A stretch of 64,000 nucleotides of DNA. Origin: Elsinoe ampelina. Taxonomy: Eukaryota. Each line of letters opens with the position of its first letter. Positions within the stretch are counted from its first letter, which is position 1. Shown here piece after piece: positions 1-12,845 of this stretch. Location: contig ML992509.1 in NCBI GenBank assembly GCA_010093995.1, positions 1,325,850 to 1,389,849 on the forward strand. The letters are read 5' to 3'. Position numbers and translations under genes: made by a program. A model generated the notes under the pieces. The model was not told the DNA's origin. It saw only the letters and a program-made list of their open reading frames with translations, and ran no database searches.

Positions 1-285
1 CCACCCACAGAGTTCAGGTCATAAAAGCCCTTCCGAGACCCCCAGACCATGGTCGGATCCGTTCACGACCACGGTATCAGCCCGCGATAACGGTGTGACG
101 AACTTTCTTTGCGCCCACTACGTCGTAAATAAAGCCAAAGGGTCCTGCTTGTGTACGACTACATTTACCTGGACACCAGCTCATTGCGTGGGACACTTGA
201 CTGGATCTGAGCTTGCCCCAGCCTCGCGTCTACCACTCCGACGCAGACAGTACGCAGCCCATACAAGAGCAGGACATCCACAATC

Positions 286-2165
286 ATGGACGCGGAGAAG
301 ACCGGCAATGTCAAGAGTGCAGACTCATCGCCGGTGGGTAGAGAAACCTCTGCAGAGTTTGGCAGCTCGCAACCGCACAACCGGGGCATATTCACTCGCA
401 TGGTCGATAGCTTCAAGCGCGATCCAAATGCTCACGCGACACCGAAAGGTGCCATTGGCGCAAATGGCAAGGTAAGGGGCCTCTCGCACTCCTGATAAGA
501 GCTCTATCTGACTACCATCAAGGTCTTCGATGTCGAGTCCGCCGTTGCGAACACCGCAAACTCCCCTCTGGAACGCAAGCTGAAGGGTCGCCATCTTCAA
601 ATGATTGCTATCGGAGGTTCGATCGGTACAGGTCTCTTCGTCGGTTCAGGTTCCGTTCTCGCCAATGGTGGTCCAGCCTCTGTCATCATTGCCTACTGCA
701 TCATTGGTGTCATGTTGTACTGCACTGTGCATGCTCTGGGTGAGATGGCTGTCCTGTTCCCCGTCGCGGGTTCCTTCTCTGCCTACTCGACTCGCTTCCT
801 CGATCCTGCCTGGGGTTTCGCCATGGGTTGGAACTACGCCATGCAATGGCTTGTAGTCTTGCCTCTGGAAATTGTCGCCGCGACTTTGACAATCGAGTTC
901 TGGAATCAAGGGCGATTGGATGTGAACGGCTTCATCGCTGTCTTCCTCGTCCTTATCATCTCTATCAACTTGTTCGGTGTCCGCGGATACGGTGAGGCAG
1001 AGTTCGTCTTCTCCTCCATCAAGGTTATTGCGGTCATTGGCTTCATCATCCTCGGTATCATCATCAATGTGGGCGGCGCACCCGACGGCGAGTACATCGG
1101 AGGCCGCTACTGGAATGATCCAGGTGCCTTCCACAATGGTTTCAAGGGCCTCTGTTCGGTCTTCGTCTCCGCCGCCTTCGCTTTCGCTGGAACCGAGCTG
1201 GTTGGTCTTGCAGCTGCCGAAACTGCCAACCCGCGCAAGTCCCTCCCCACCGCTGTCAAGCAGGTCTTCTGGCGTATCGCGCTCTTCTATGTCATCTCTC
1301 TTACCATTGTCGGTCTGCTGGTCCCATACAACGAGCCCCGCCTCCTCACCGGATCCTCTTCTGTCGATGCCACCGCCTCACCATTCGTCATTGCTATCCA
1401 GAACGCCGGGATCTCCGGCCTTCCCTCTGTCATGAACGTAGTCATCATGATTGCTGTACTCTCCGTCGGTAACTCCTCCGTTTATGGTTCCTCACGTACT
1501 CTCGCCGCTCTCGCCGAACAGGGCCAAGCCCCCAGAATCCTCGGCTACATCGACCGCCGAGGCCGCCCCATCGTCGCCATCGGTCTCGCCTCGGCCATTG
1601 GCTTCCTCTCATTCATTGGCGCAAGTGACAAGTCTTCTGACGCATTCCTCTGGATGCTTGCCCTCTCCGGTCTCTCGTCCATCTTCACCTGGGGCTCCAT
1701 CTGTCTCGCCCACATTCGTTTCCGTGCCGGTTGGAAGAAGCAGGGCCACTCCCTCGACGAGCTTGCCTTTACTTCCCAGCCTGGCGTCATCGGCAGCTGG
1801 ATCGGTTTCCTTCTCAACTGTATCGTGCTCATCGCCCAGTTCTGGACCGGAATTTGGCCTATTGGATACGGTGACCTCGGCCCAGCGGGTCAAGCAGAGA
1901 GTTTCTTCTCTGGCGGGTACGTTTCTTCGTTCCTATTTTCGCTCTTCGATCATATACTAATCAGTCCAGATATCTCGCCGCAGCAGTCGTCCTGGCTTTC
2001 TACATCCCTTACAAGATTTACTTCAAGACCCCATTCATGCGGAGCCACAACATGGATTTGGTGAGCGGAAGGCGGGAGATGAATATTGAGCAATTGATCA
2101 GGGAGGAGAAGGCCGAGCAGGCTGCGTGGCCAAAGTGGAAGAAGTTTTACAAGCTTTTCTGCTAG
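286..2165 (+). CDS. GAP1: General amino acid permease (YAT/APC family); 3 exons (286-471, 523-1916, 1970-2165)
   Basis: LKGRHLQMIAIGGSIGTGLFVGSG, FAFAGTELVGLAAAE and many TM segments. Introns 472-522 and 1917-1969 are GT..AG with CTRAC-like branch sites and restore the frame. C-terminus is ...FYKLFC*. Confidence 0.92.
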
Positions 2166-2450
2166 ATGTGCACTTGCAATATTTCAAGTGTAGAGATAGG
2201 AATGTTGTTGCATAGTTTTGTAGTCGATCAATGTGATTGTATAATCTGCTCTGAGTTCAGTATTGCGTGAGATCTTCGTTGTAGCAGGTGTCTCGTTGTA
2301 GAAGAACCTCGCATCGGCTCCGATACTTGCTACTTGTCGATTCTCTCCTTCGCGGAATCCCCATTATCCTCCCAATCGGCTCTCATACGTCCTCAGCAAT
2401 GGACGCAGCGTCCTCACTTCACGACCCTCTCGATCCTCCAGAACTCATCC

Positions 2451-4276
2451 CTACGTCCGTCCCCAAGCACACCACCTCCTCCCCACCCACTCCGTGCCAC
2501 CCCACACCACCCCCCAAACCACCACCTCGACCCCCGCCTCGAGGAGCAGACAAAGCCCCACCTTACCCACGATCTGGCCCCAACCCACCCGTCCCTCATC
2601 CTTGATACTCCGCAAAAGTCGTCCCGCCAGACCCGACCCTCGTCCGTCCCCTCCTCCCATCTCCGACGAGGTCGTCCCCCTCGATTGAGCCATGGAGAAC
2701 GCCAAGAGGACAGATCGATGGAGGAGGATCTCAAGTGGGATGAGAACGATCTTGAAGACGACGGTCTTGATGCGGTCGCCTAGGAGGTCAGCGGGGAGGG
2801 TGGACAGGCGTGTCGTGCGGAATGTGGGGGAGGGACGTTTCTTGGGTCTTGAGCGGCTGCGGTTTTGGAGTGGTTGGGCGGAAGGATCGGTGGATCGGTG
2901 TCGGTCTCTTTGGAGGGGACCAGGGAGGGGGATAAGCTGGTGGGTGGCTTCGGAGATCTCGTGTGGTGTGGCGCCGAGGGAGATGAGGAGGTCTTCTGTT
3001 GTGATGGTCGTTGGGGGTGAAGCCGGTGGGTCGCGGTAGGATTTGATAAAGGACGTGTGGGACCAGCCGAGGTGGTAGAGGAGAAAGTCACGGGCGGTGA
3101 CGAATGGTTTGGTGAAGGAGGTGATGAGAGGGTTGATGCGGCTTATGGCTGCCATGTCGATTTCGGACTTTACAGGGGTAATGATGGCGGGAGAAGAGGA
3201 GGAATGCTCGACGGCGTAGGCGAGATCGTGCAGGAGGCAGGTTGTGGTGTGGTAGATCAGGTAGAGTGAAAGGGGAGAGAGAATGGTGTCCAGAAGGCGG
3301 GAGCTTAGTGAAACAGTAGATGAACCAGCGGCAAAGCCCCAGTGGTACGGTGAGGCGGAACTCCATGGGAAGAATCTCGTATATGAAGGTACGAGTCTGT
3401 CCTCGACTGCTCTGAACTGGCATAGTATGGAGGTCAAAGTGAAAGGACTGAAGAGCAGCTGTATTCCCAGATAGCCCCTGAGGATGGTCAGTCACAGTAC
3501 CGTGCATCTCAATTAGACTCACGATGCTTTGAGGAATTCAATGGTCTGAAAGCACAACTTCTTTTGCCTAGGTCGTAATCTTGCCCTTCTGACTTTCGTC
3601 CGCAGCCACGTGATTGCATATCTCAGCGGATCAGTGGCGAATTCAGCAAGTATCGTACCGAGCAATTCCATCTCCAGACCTGCCGTGACATAATGATACT
3701 TCCAAGTCCACGAGCTTGAACGGAATGAGAGCCATTCAAGGTGTAGAATCCGCATGAATGGGACTGAGCAGTCTACCAGTCCAGCTTGCATTCGTCTTCG
3801 CAAAACGTCGATCCACCACGTCACGACAGCGTTAACGAATTCGGTAATGAGATAGAAATCCTCTCCTAGATCGTCTTCGGCGGCCTTGACAGTAGCCCAC
3901 GTCTCGGCACTGAATACGACCTCCGGACTCTCTTCATGCTGGTCTTGCTTTGACTTGCGCTCGGTGACCCCAACGACTTCAAGAATCTCGTTCATTGCGC
4001 GAATCTGTGCATCTTTGTTCGCTTTAGATAGTGAATTACGAGGTTTGGCCGTTTCATCGTAGTCCTGACGGTCTGATGCTCCAGGCGCTGAACCGCCATG
4101 ATGACCTCCTAGAAAGAAGAATTCTGGGTCCACGAATCTTTCGAATGCAGAGCGACCCTGACTATATTAGGATACCGTCCATGACACCAAGCCATGAGTA
4201 AGCGCCTCTCGAACGGCAAAGAGAAATCAAAATAGCTTACCAATGCCAGTCGGGTCAAGTAAGGGGTTCGCCCCAT
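2451..4276 (-). CDS. Hypothetical fungal protein, probably membrane-associated; ~3 exons
   Basis: Short exon MGRTPYLTRLAL (ATG 4276) is followed by GTAAGC. Minus ORFs 3519-4133 and 2451-3437 are separated by a GTGAGT intron near 3522. Hydrophobic C-terminal segments. Exact splice acceptors are uncertain. Confidence 0.6.
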
Positions 4277-4596
4277 GACCAGGGAGGTGTTTGAGGATGA
4301 TGTTGTAAGGAGCAGAACAACATGGAGAAGAGCTATGACATGAGCGATCTCGATTGGAACATTTGCCTCGCGAGCCACCAAGCTTCCTCACGGGATACTG
4401 TCTCGGCTATACCTTGTGCGACCAGAGCATTCAGGACATCGATCGTGTTGATGTGAGGGACACGAGTACGGTGAGCCATGTACTCTGCTCGGAAGCCAGC
4501 GCAGATATCGGCAACCGCAAAATTTTCCTTGAAATTTCTCCCCGCAGGTATGGCAATGTTGTTGGCCGCAGTCTATCTACACTCGGCGACGACGAA

Positions 4597-6237
4597 ATGT
4601 CGAGCTTCTTCACGACGCCGGCTTCTCAAAGGAAGAGGAAGCGGAATGAAGATGGTGCTGGGAGGCCTGCCGGGCGGAATAAGACATCGACCCGACCACA
4701 GAAGAAACAACGAGAAGACCGCGACGAATCGATCTCTGGAAGTGATTCAGAAGGAGTAGCAGATCAGGAAGAGGAGACGAGCCACACCTTGTCCGAGTCT
4801 TCCTCGGACGACGAGGATGCCGCCACACGAAGGACGAAGCTCGCCTCACGATATCTGGAGAACACCCGGAAAGAGATCTTAGCAGAAGGCTTCGATGCAA
4901 AGGACATTGACAATGAACTCCTTGCACAACGAATGGGAGAGCGGCTCAAGGAGGACACAGCAGAAACCAAGGGAAAGCTGTACAGGTGGATCGCTGACGA
5001 CTTCATGTACGACGAGTGCCGAACATCCAAATTCTCCAACGGATCTGGCGTGGTGAATGGTGTTGCCGTATGCGCACCATATATCTATACGGTCTCCAAG
5101 GATGTTCGACTTTCGAAGTGGAAAATCCCAGACCTTGGTGTGGACGCCATGCTACAGGGTCTTAAGCCAAAGCTGGTCGGAAGTGTTCGAGGCGACAGAT
5201 CCAGGAAACGGGACACCAAATACGACTTACACACGAACGAGATATACTGTGTCGCAGCATCACAGGACGGCAGGTTTGTGGCGACTGGCGGTAAAGATAG
5301 AAAGCTGGTAGTCTGGGATGCAGAGACGTTGAAGCCACTACGAGCATTCACGCATCATCGCGATGCTGTCATGTCTGTATGTTTCCGACGAGGTACGAAT
5401 CAGCTTTTCTCTGCGAGCAGAGACAGGACGATCAAGATCTGGAGTCTGAACGAGCTGGCATATGTTGAGACACTTTACGGGCACCAAGACGAGATTGTGG
5501 ATGTTGCGTCGCTAAACCAAGAACATTGCGTAACGGCAGGTGCACGAGATCGGACAGCCAGATACTGGAGAGTAGTCGAGGAGAGCCAGCTGATCTTCCG
5601 TGGAGGCGGAGCACACAACTCGCTGAGAAAGAGAAGGGACGAGGAGATCGATGGACAATACCAGGAGACCAAACCCTACCACGAAGGATCAACAGATCGT
5701 GTGGCCATGATCGACGAGGAAACCTTTGTCACAGGTTCGGACAACGGTTCTATATCCTTATGGAACATCAACAAGAAGAAGCCTGTCTTCACATACCCGC
5801 AAGCTCATGGGTTCGAGGATCAGAAGAAGTTGGAGGACGTGAGTGCAGAGACTCATCCGGACCCGAGGGTGTTGCCAGATCCACAACCCCGATGGATCAC
5901 TGCATTGGCTTGTCTGCCATACAGCAACGTTATATTCAGTGGAAGCTGGGATGGCCATGTAAGAGCTTGGAGACTCTCCGAAGACAAGAGGAAGCTGGAA
6001 TCACTGGGACCTATTATGACATCGTCCGGACCTAGCTTCGTTAACGGCGAGCTTGGGCATGAAGAGAGCAAGTTCAAGGGCGTGATCAATGATATCGCAT
6101 TGTTCGAGATGGGAAGTAGAGGCAAGGAACGTATCGGATTGGTCGCGGTGACGGGGAAAGAGCAGCGTCTGGGTCGGTGGGAAGAGATCGGGGGTCGAAA
6201 TGCAGGCATCGTAGTACAGATACCCAGAAAGTCATGA
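4597..6237 (+). CDS. RRP9: U3 snoRNP-associated WD40 protein Rrp9
   Basis: MSSFFTTPASQRKRKR start, acidic N-terminal region, WD40 repeats (SASRDRTIKIWSLNELAYVETLYGHQD; GSDNGSISLWNINKKKP; PRWITAL). Confidence 0.93.
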   Translation: MSSFFTTPASQRKRKRNEDGAGRPAGRNKTSTRPQKKQREDRDESISGSDSEGVADQEEETSHTLSESSSDDEDAATRRTKLASRYLENTRKEILAEGFDAKDIDNELLAQRMGERLKEDTAETKGKLYRWIADDFMYDECRTSKFSNGSGVVNGVAVCAPYIYTVSKDVRLSKWKIPDLGVDAMLQGLKPKLVGSVRGDRSRKRDTKYDLHTNEIYCVAASQDGRFVATGGKDRKLVVWDAETLKPLRAFTHHRDAVMSVCFRRGTNQLFSASRDRTIKIWSLNELAYVETLYGHQDEIVDVASLNQEHCVTAGARDRTARYWRVVEESQLIFRGGGAHNSLRKRRDEEIDGQYQETKPYHEGSTDRVAMIDEETFVTGSDNGSISLWNINKKKPVFTYPQAHGFEDQKKLEDVSAETHPDPRVLPDPQPRWITALACLPYSNVIFSGSWDGHVRAWRLSEDKRKLESLGPIMTSSGPSFVNGELGHEESKFKGVINDIALFEMGSRGKERIGLVAVTGKEQRLGRWEEIGGRNAGIVVQIPRKS

Positions 6238-6617
6238 GAGCTTCGAATCAATTCCTTCAATGGTCCGAATTCACACATCAATACTCGTATCGAACAACAA
6301 TAAATGTCCTCCCTTTGTGGGCACTTCCACCCCACCGCCATCAATGAAGACAGCAAGAGGAAGAAGCTTCCTATATACAAGAGGTGTCTCTCTTCAGAAT
6401 CGACGTCGCCTAAGCGACTGGCAACTCGGCAATGTGGGCTGCCTGTAAAATAGGCCAAAACTGCCGGTCGTGGCTGATTCCGTTATTTTTTTGATCTGGT
6501 TTGTCAAAGGGAGGAAGAATTTGTCGTTGATATAATCGCCGAAAGGTCCGTGCTGCGTTGTGGGGTTCCAACTGCGGCTCTGCGGGCTGGTGCATAACGG
6601 GGTCCTTTGTCAGAAAC

Positions 6618-6631
6618 TCGGCGAGGTCCGA
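6618..6631. promoter_or_regulatory. UaY/Ppr1-type Zn2Cys6 binding site TCGG-N6-CCGA
   Basis: TCGGcgaggtCCGA lies 120 bp upstream of the hxB ATG and matches the Aspergillus UaY consensus. Confidence 0.6.
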
Positions 6632-6750
6632 TGTTAGATGAATGTATCTCTGTCGAAACTCCTCTACCGATCAGCATTCGCACCTTTATTTCCCCATGCA
6701 GGTGGAGATCCGACTAGATCGCAGGTGGAACGGCTTGCTTGGAAGTGATC

Positions 6751-9220
6751 ATGGTTGAGACCACAGGCGATCGGTCTGTCTTCGAGCAAGAGGAAGACCT
6801 TCGATACAATGCATATATCGAAGAGATGAGGAAAGAGCAGTATCCTATGCTGGAAGGTCAATATGGAGCTCTTCCTTTGAGTTCGTACTTGTTGTCTGAC
6901 TACAACCACAGATGCCTTATACCTCGATCACGCAGGTACTACACTCACCAGCAAACGCCTCATGGATCTATTCCACCAAGAGATGATCTCCAACCTATAC
7001 GGCAACCCGCATTCATTCTCTCAAGCGTCACACAGGACCGCCGCTGTCATCGATACTGTTCGACTCAAGCTGCTGGCATGCGTCAAGGCCGACCCTACAC
7101 AGTTCGACGTTGTCTTCACAGCCAATGCAACCGCAGCCATCAAGCTTGTTGCGGACGCGTTTCGGGATTATACCTACGGCTTCCAGTACAATTATCATAA
7201 TGAATCACATACCAGCTTGGTCGGAGTGCGTGAGCTGGCGGAGGACTCGATATGCCTCGGTACCGACAACGAGGTGGAAGACTGGTTGCGCGAGAAGCGT
7301 CAGGCTGCGAAAGAACAGCCCGGAAGACCCACACTATTCGCATACCCTGCACAGTCGAATCTGGATGGACGCAGACTGCCTCTGTCGTGGCCTGCTAAGC
7401 TCAGACAAGAAAGCACAGAAGGACACCAAAGCATCCGCTGGACGCTGCTGGATGCGTCTGCCTATGTCTCAACCACACCCCTCGACCTCAGCGATGCGGA
7501 TTCTTCTCCCGATTTCACTGCACTAAGCCTGTACAAGATTTTTGGCTTTCCAGACATGGGAGCTCTGATTGTTCGGAGACAGAGTGCGGCTATCCTTGGT
7601 CACCGCAAATACTTTGGAGGCGGAACAGTTGACATGGTGGTCAATCAGCAGTTTAGCGACAGGGAGACGAACGTGGCACGTCACATCAGAAAGGACACCT
7701 CAATACATGAAAGACTGGAGGACGGGACCCTGCCATACCACAATATCATCGCGCTGAATTGCGCCATGTCTGCTCACACACAACTCTTTGATTCGCTCGA
7801 GCGCGTTTCAAGACATACGAGATTCCTTACCCGCCACCTACGCGATGGGTTGAACAAGCTCAAACATGCCAACGGTCATTCGCTAGTGCACATGTATACT
7901 CAGACAGGCATGGTCGATGATCAGACTAGAGATCAAGGCCCTATCGTTGCGTTCAACTTGCAGAACAGCGCCGGCGATTTCATTAGCTTATACGAATTTG
8001 AGAAGATTGCATTTGCCAGGAACATAAACGTCCGAACAGGTGGGCACTGTAATCCGGGAGGGACTGCTTCTCATCTTGGCCTTACGGCGGACGACACCCG
8101 AGCAAACTACGCCTCAGGTCACCGATGCGGCAGCGAGTGCGATCTTGTGGACGGCAGACCAACTGGCACGATTCGAGCCAGCTTAGGTGCCATGAGCACC
8201 GTCTCCGATATACTCCGTTTCCTGTCCTTTCTTGAGGAGTATTACATTGAGAAACACCCTGAGATTCGCCAAAGCATCGATTCCACTGGACAGTGCTCGA
8301 AGCTGCGAGTGGAAAGTCTGACGTTATACCCTATCAAAAGTTGTGCGGGTTGGACGATCCCTCCTGACGTGTCGTGGCAGATCCGTTCGGAAGGGCTAGC
8401 ATGGGATCGGGAGTGGTGCGTTGTGCACGCGATCACGGAGAAGGCACTGAGTCAAAAGAGATACCCCAGCATGGCGCTCATCCGACCTGAGATCGACATG
8501 CAGAACAAAGTCCTCAATGTTCGCGGCCTCCATGCAGTATCTAAGACACCGCTGAAGATCACTCTACCGCTGCAGTCTCCAACAGGCTTGGCGCAGGACG
8601 CAGCTGGTGAGGTCTGCGGCATGAAATGTGACCTGCTGTTGCACAAGGACAGTGCCATCGATGACTTCTTCACCAATTGTATCGGGGTACCTGCTCGTCT
8701 TGCACGCTTTCCTACGCGCGTCGACACGCAGTCAAGGCGACATGCTAAAGAGCATCCCAACCGCGGGATACAAGGTCTAGGAAGATCAATTGCTTTTTCG
8801 AACGAATCTCCCATCCTTACAATCACTCGAGCTTCGCTGAACCGACTCAACGAGACCATCAAGCAGCAAGGTGGAAAGGCCGCTGCACCGGCAGTGTTCC
8901 GTGCCAACATCGTTCTTGGGAGCACTGAATCCTCGAAGCCGGGGGATGAAACCCCATATGCGGAGGACGATTGGTGTGGCATGACAATCGGAGAGACGCA
9001 ATTCGACTTCCTGGGCGGATGTAGGAGATGCCAGATGATTTGTATAGATCAGAGTACTGGGGAGAGGAACTCAGAGCCGTTCAGTACTCTTGCGAAAACC
9101 AGGAAGATCAATGGTAGGGTCATGTTTGGCGTGCATACTGCCCTTGCAGAAGACATAGGGAGCCAGGCGTCCATCAAGACAGGAGATGAAGTCACCATCT
9201 GGGATGGTCGGGATGGATAG
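6751..9220 (+). CDS. hxB: Molybdenum cofactor sulfurase (NifS-like aminotransferase V + MOSC); intron 6857-6911
   Basis: Spliced YLDHAGTT, YGNPHS, PLP-lysine motif SLYKIFGFPD, RTGGHCNPG, MOSC motifs YPIKSC, WDREW, FRANIV and CRRCQMIC. Confidence 0.95.
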
Positions 9221-9326
9221 ACAACAATCCATGTTCACAATAATTCTATGAGAGCGGAATTTCTTTATCGGCATATAACATCAGTAGAGATGTACCTTAT
9301 CGTGAAGGGTTATTGGTCGCTGCCGA

Positions 9327-9401
9327 AACCAACTTCAGGCACCCACTTTGACCGCGTCTCCGGTGTAATAACCAACTTCAGGCAACCCTCTTTGACCGGG
9401 T
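9327..9401. repeat. Imperfect ~31-bp direct repeat in intergenic DNA
   Basis: aaccaacttcaggca-cccactttgaccgcgt (9327-9357) versus aaccaacttcaggcaaccctctttgaccgggt (9370-9401). Confidence 0.8.
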
Positions 9402-9862
9402 TCATGTCTCTATGCCTCAGGCCTCAGCTTTTATCCATCCAGTCAGCTCTGTCATCAAAACGTGGCTGCTTGGATAATCGCGCCGTTCTGCGAAACATTC
9501 TGCATGCTACAGTCTCTAATCTCTCCTGAGTACGGGATGAAAAGTATAATCTGTCATGCACCACTTAAATTACTTGATTATTCGCTTAAAACGCCTCTAG
9601 ACTCTATTAGGACCCATCGAAGGTAGCTGATTATCTACTGACCGCGGTCATGGCTTCAAGCCACTGCCACTTTCTGTTTGCCCGACTTCCGTTTTGCCAG
9701 GCGTCAAGATAGGAAGCTGTGGTATATATAATAGGACGCCATGCTCCCACCCTGGTAGGTGTTTCACTATCGCTTAATTCCTCCATCAAGAGAACAACTA
9801 CATATCCAAGTCATCCGTATCCTCAAAATTCTACCGCCAATCGAAGCATCAAAACATACACA

Positions 9863-10682
9863 ATGTCGACCAACACAATCGCATTCTTTGGCGCTAGCGG
9901 CGGCTGCGTTGGCTTCTCACTCGTACACGCACTCAAGAATGGCTACACCTGTAGAACTCTCACGCGCAGTGACCCAGAGAAGCTAAAGACCACTCTTCGA
10001 GAGCGAGGTGTATCTCAAGAAGCCATTGAGAAGCAGCTCATCGCCCTCCAAGGTGACGGGCAAGACAAAGCCAAGGTGAAGGAGACCATCACGCATAATG
10101 GCAAAATTGTCGACAAGATCCTGTCTGGCATTGGTATGTACCTTCAAGGCAACAATCAGAGAAGGCGGCTAACATGTCGGAGGTACCACCGCCATCACGG
10201 TCAAGTTCTCAATCTACCCATTGGTTCTCAAGGATGCGCACGTCTGCGAAACTGCAATGGCAACTCTCGTAAAAGCCGCCACGGAAGTGACACAAGAGCT
10301 GCCGGGATCTACCAAACCAGCACTCTACGTCGTGTCCACCACGGGCATCTCCAAAGGTCCACGGGACGTACCAATCGCATTCTGGCTGCTATACAAGTGG
10401 CTTCTCAAGAGCCCGCACGACGACAAGGAGAAGATGGAGGAGTTGGCTGTGTCATCTGCCAAAGTTGCCAACGGACCATTCGACAGCGCCAAAATCGTTC
10501 GCGCCAGCTTGCTCACCGACGGCGACAGTTGTGGCATGGATGGTATCAGAGCTGGCACTGAGGCTAAGCCGACCGTCGGGTACACCATCTCGAGGTCTGA
10601 TGTAGGTCTCTGGATCTACAAGAGGTGGTTGGAGCCGCAGAAGGACGGTGATGAGACTGGTGCTTATACCATCACCTACTGA
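9863..10682 (+). CDS. NAD(P)-binding Rossmann oxidoreductase (flavin reductase/BLVRB-like atypical SDR); intron ~10134-10182
   Basis: TIAFFGASGGCVG dinucleotide motif, VVSTTGIS, PHDDKEKME, VGYTISRSDVG. A GTATGT..GCTAAC..AG intron joins the two ORFs. TATA-like TATATATAA near 9723. Confidence 0.85.
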
Positions 10683-11432
10683 GGGATTTGACGATGGGTG
10701 ATTTGACTCGGTCTCAACGCGGAACGAAGAGTTGTACCGACTTCTGATTATGAATTTTGAGGTGTTGGCTGGCGGAGGCGTGGTATGGGAAATAATAATG
10801 GGCAGCATAGCTTTGGCGTTTCACGCGTTGTCAATAGATGCCTCCGAAGGATATTCTGCTGGTTTCCACTCAAACATGTTGGATCTTTTGAATTCTTCGT
10901 AGCCGTAGACCTGGAACATTCGTTGGCGCAATGCGTATTGCAATGTCAGCAGCAAATATGCAGCAGAACCTGTAAGGTCTGACTTGTCGAATCAATGGTT
11001 AAACACGGCTCAAAGTTGTTGAAAAGTCCCCAAAGATTTCGACCAGGCCCCGAGTTATTATTCCTTAGTCGTCCCCTAGCAACGACGCGCCCGCCCCCCG
11101 GCTTTTAAGCGAGCCGAGAATTTCTTCTTTAGAAACCAACCAACGAGGGCCCTGGCTAGGCAAAAAAAGTGTGGCTTGCTGGACGGCTTATCGAATTGCT
11201 CCGAGCTCTTGGTCTCACTTTGCCGCAAGCTCGATAATCAATCAAGGTAGGATCTCACTCTGCCTCAATTGCAACACCGTCTCTCCCTTCTTCAACACTA
11301 GAGAAGCAATTCTTTCGGCGTTGTACTCTGTATCAGTCATCACCGCCTGAACATTGACTGCGCAATCGCACCCATCCTCCTACCACGCACATCCGCCAAC
11401 TGCATCTCGAGTTTGCGCAGCACGAACCCACT

Positions 11433-12118
11433 ATGCCTTCAGCCGCCCCATTCGCAACCTTCCTCATCGTGGGACGTATGTACCCTTTCCTGCAGCCGTT
11501 GATACCATCTAACAATTCCAAGCAACATGCTTCTTCCTCGGCATCCTCTTCGCCAACTTCCCCTACGACTACAACGTCATCTGGCGCTCCCCTCCGCCCA
11601 TCGACTCCAACCCCTCCATTGACCCACGCACGCCTTACTATGACATTCTCGAAGCCCACCTCAAGTTCATGCACGCCTCGCCCCCGCTCATTTCGCGCAT
11701 CCTGCACATCGTCATTGGCACCGGCCTCCTCGGGTTCTCCATGAAGTTCTACAAGCCAAGCGAGAGCAACTACCTCTTCGATGGCGCTAGCATGGTGCTC
11801 TACATGGTGGGCGTGATTGTCTACATTACAAACATCATCAAAGGATTGAGAGTTGTGACTCAGGGACTGTACGGGGAGGGTATCAGTGATCCGGTCAAGG
11901 ACGCGGAGCAGGGAAAGATCATTGGGCGTGAGGACAGTTTGAAGGTCATGGCGGCCAGTGATACGATCTTGGCGCTGGTGTTGGTCGGCGTGCTGGTGTT
12001 GCAGGCTGGTCAGTGGTACGCGCAGAAGAAGGAGCAGGCAGAGTTGGATGCGATTGAGCAAGAGGAGCGGGAGGAGGCGTTGAAGACTAAAGGGAAGGAG
12101 GGGAGGAAGAATAAATAG
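11433..12118 (+). CDS. SHR3: ER membrane chaperone for amino acid permeases Shr3; intron 11476-11522
   Basis: FATFLIVG|ATCFFLGILFANFPYDY, KFYKPSESNYLFDGASMVLY, VLVLQAGQWYA and a charged C-terminal tail. Confidence 0.92.
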
Positions 12119-12398
12119 GCAACGTTGCACGGGATGAGGGCAGCGAGAGTGTTGAATCATTTGTAGATAGTGTAGCAGATGCTGCTTGGGTATCTGTTGT
12201 AATGTAGAAAAGCATGATCAAGCCGTCTACCAGGTGCCGCGAGGTAGTCCACATCAGAAACCCTCGCTTCCTCCGAGCGGACGCTCATACCTCCTCTGAG
12301 GGCAGGGCCTCCCTCCCTATCCCTGCCCAGCGAAACCCCTAGTCTCGCTCGCTCGCTCTCCAAGGGGTGATGTAAACGTCAGACAGTCTGGCAGTTCT

Positions 12399-12845
12399 TC
12401 AAGCATCAGGCAGTCCACCCGGTATCAGCTAAAAGTAGTTAGTCGGGCATTTATCAAGCATAATCAATCCAAAGATACCATGCAGATGTTGTTGCCGTTC
12501 AATAAGATCTTCGATAGTTTTGTGTTTGCGCCACTGGCATAGTCCCTTCCGATGTCAGTCTCAGCTTGCACAACAGCTACCTGGAATCGCATACACTTCG
12601 GTCACATCTTCCAAAACCATATCTAGAGAAGTTCAGCAACATTATACAAGGAGGCTTGCCTCGATCACTTACTGACGAAATCATCGAAACCGAGCAGGGT
12701 GCCACTGAATTCTGCGGTATGCGTTAATTGATATAAACAGCCAAGGGATACCCTCCGACGTACCCTTGTCGCCCTTCATGATTACCCAAATTTTGGAACC
12801 GACACACTTGTCGATAAGCTCCAAAGGGAGCAATTGGGTCGCCAT
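12399..12845 (-). CDS. LSM5: U6 snRNA-associated Sm-like protein Lsm5; several short exons
   Basis: Exons encode [58 protein letters not shown] and LIPGGLPDA*. Confidence 0.93.
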
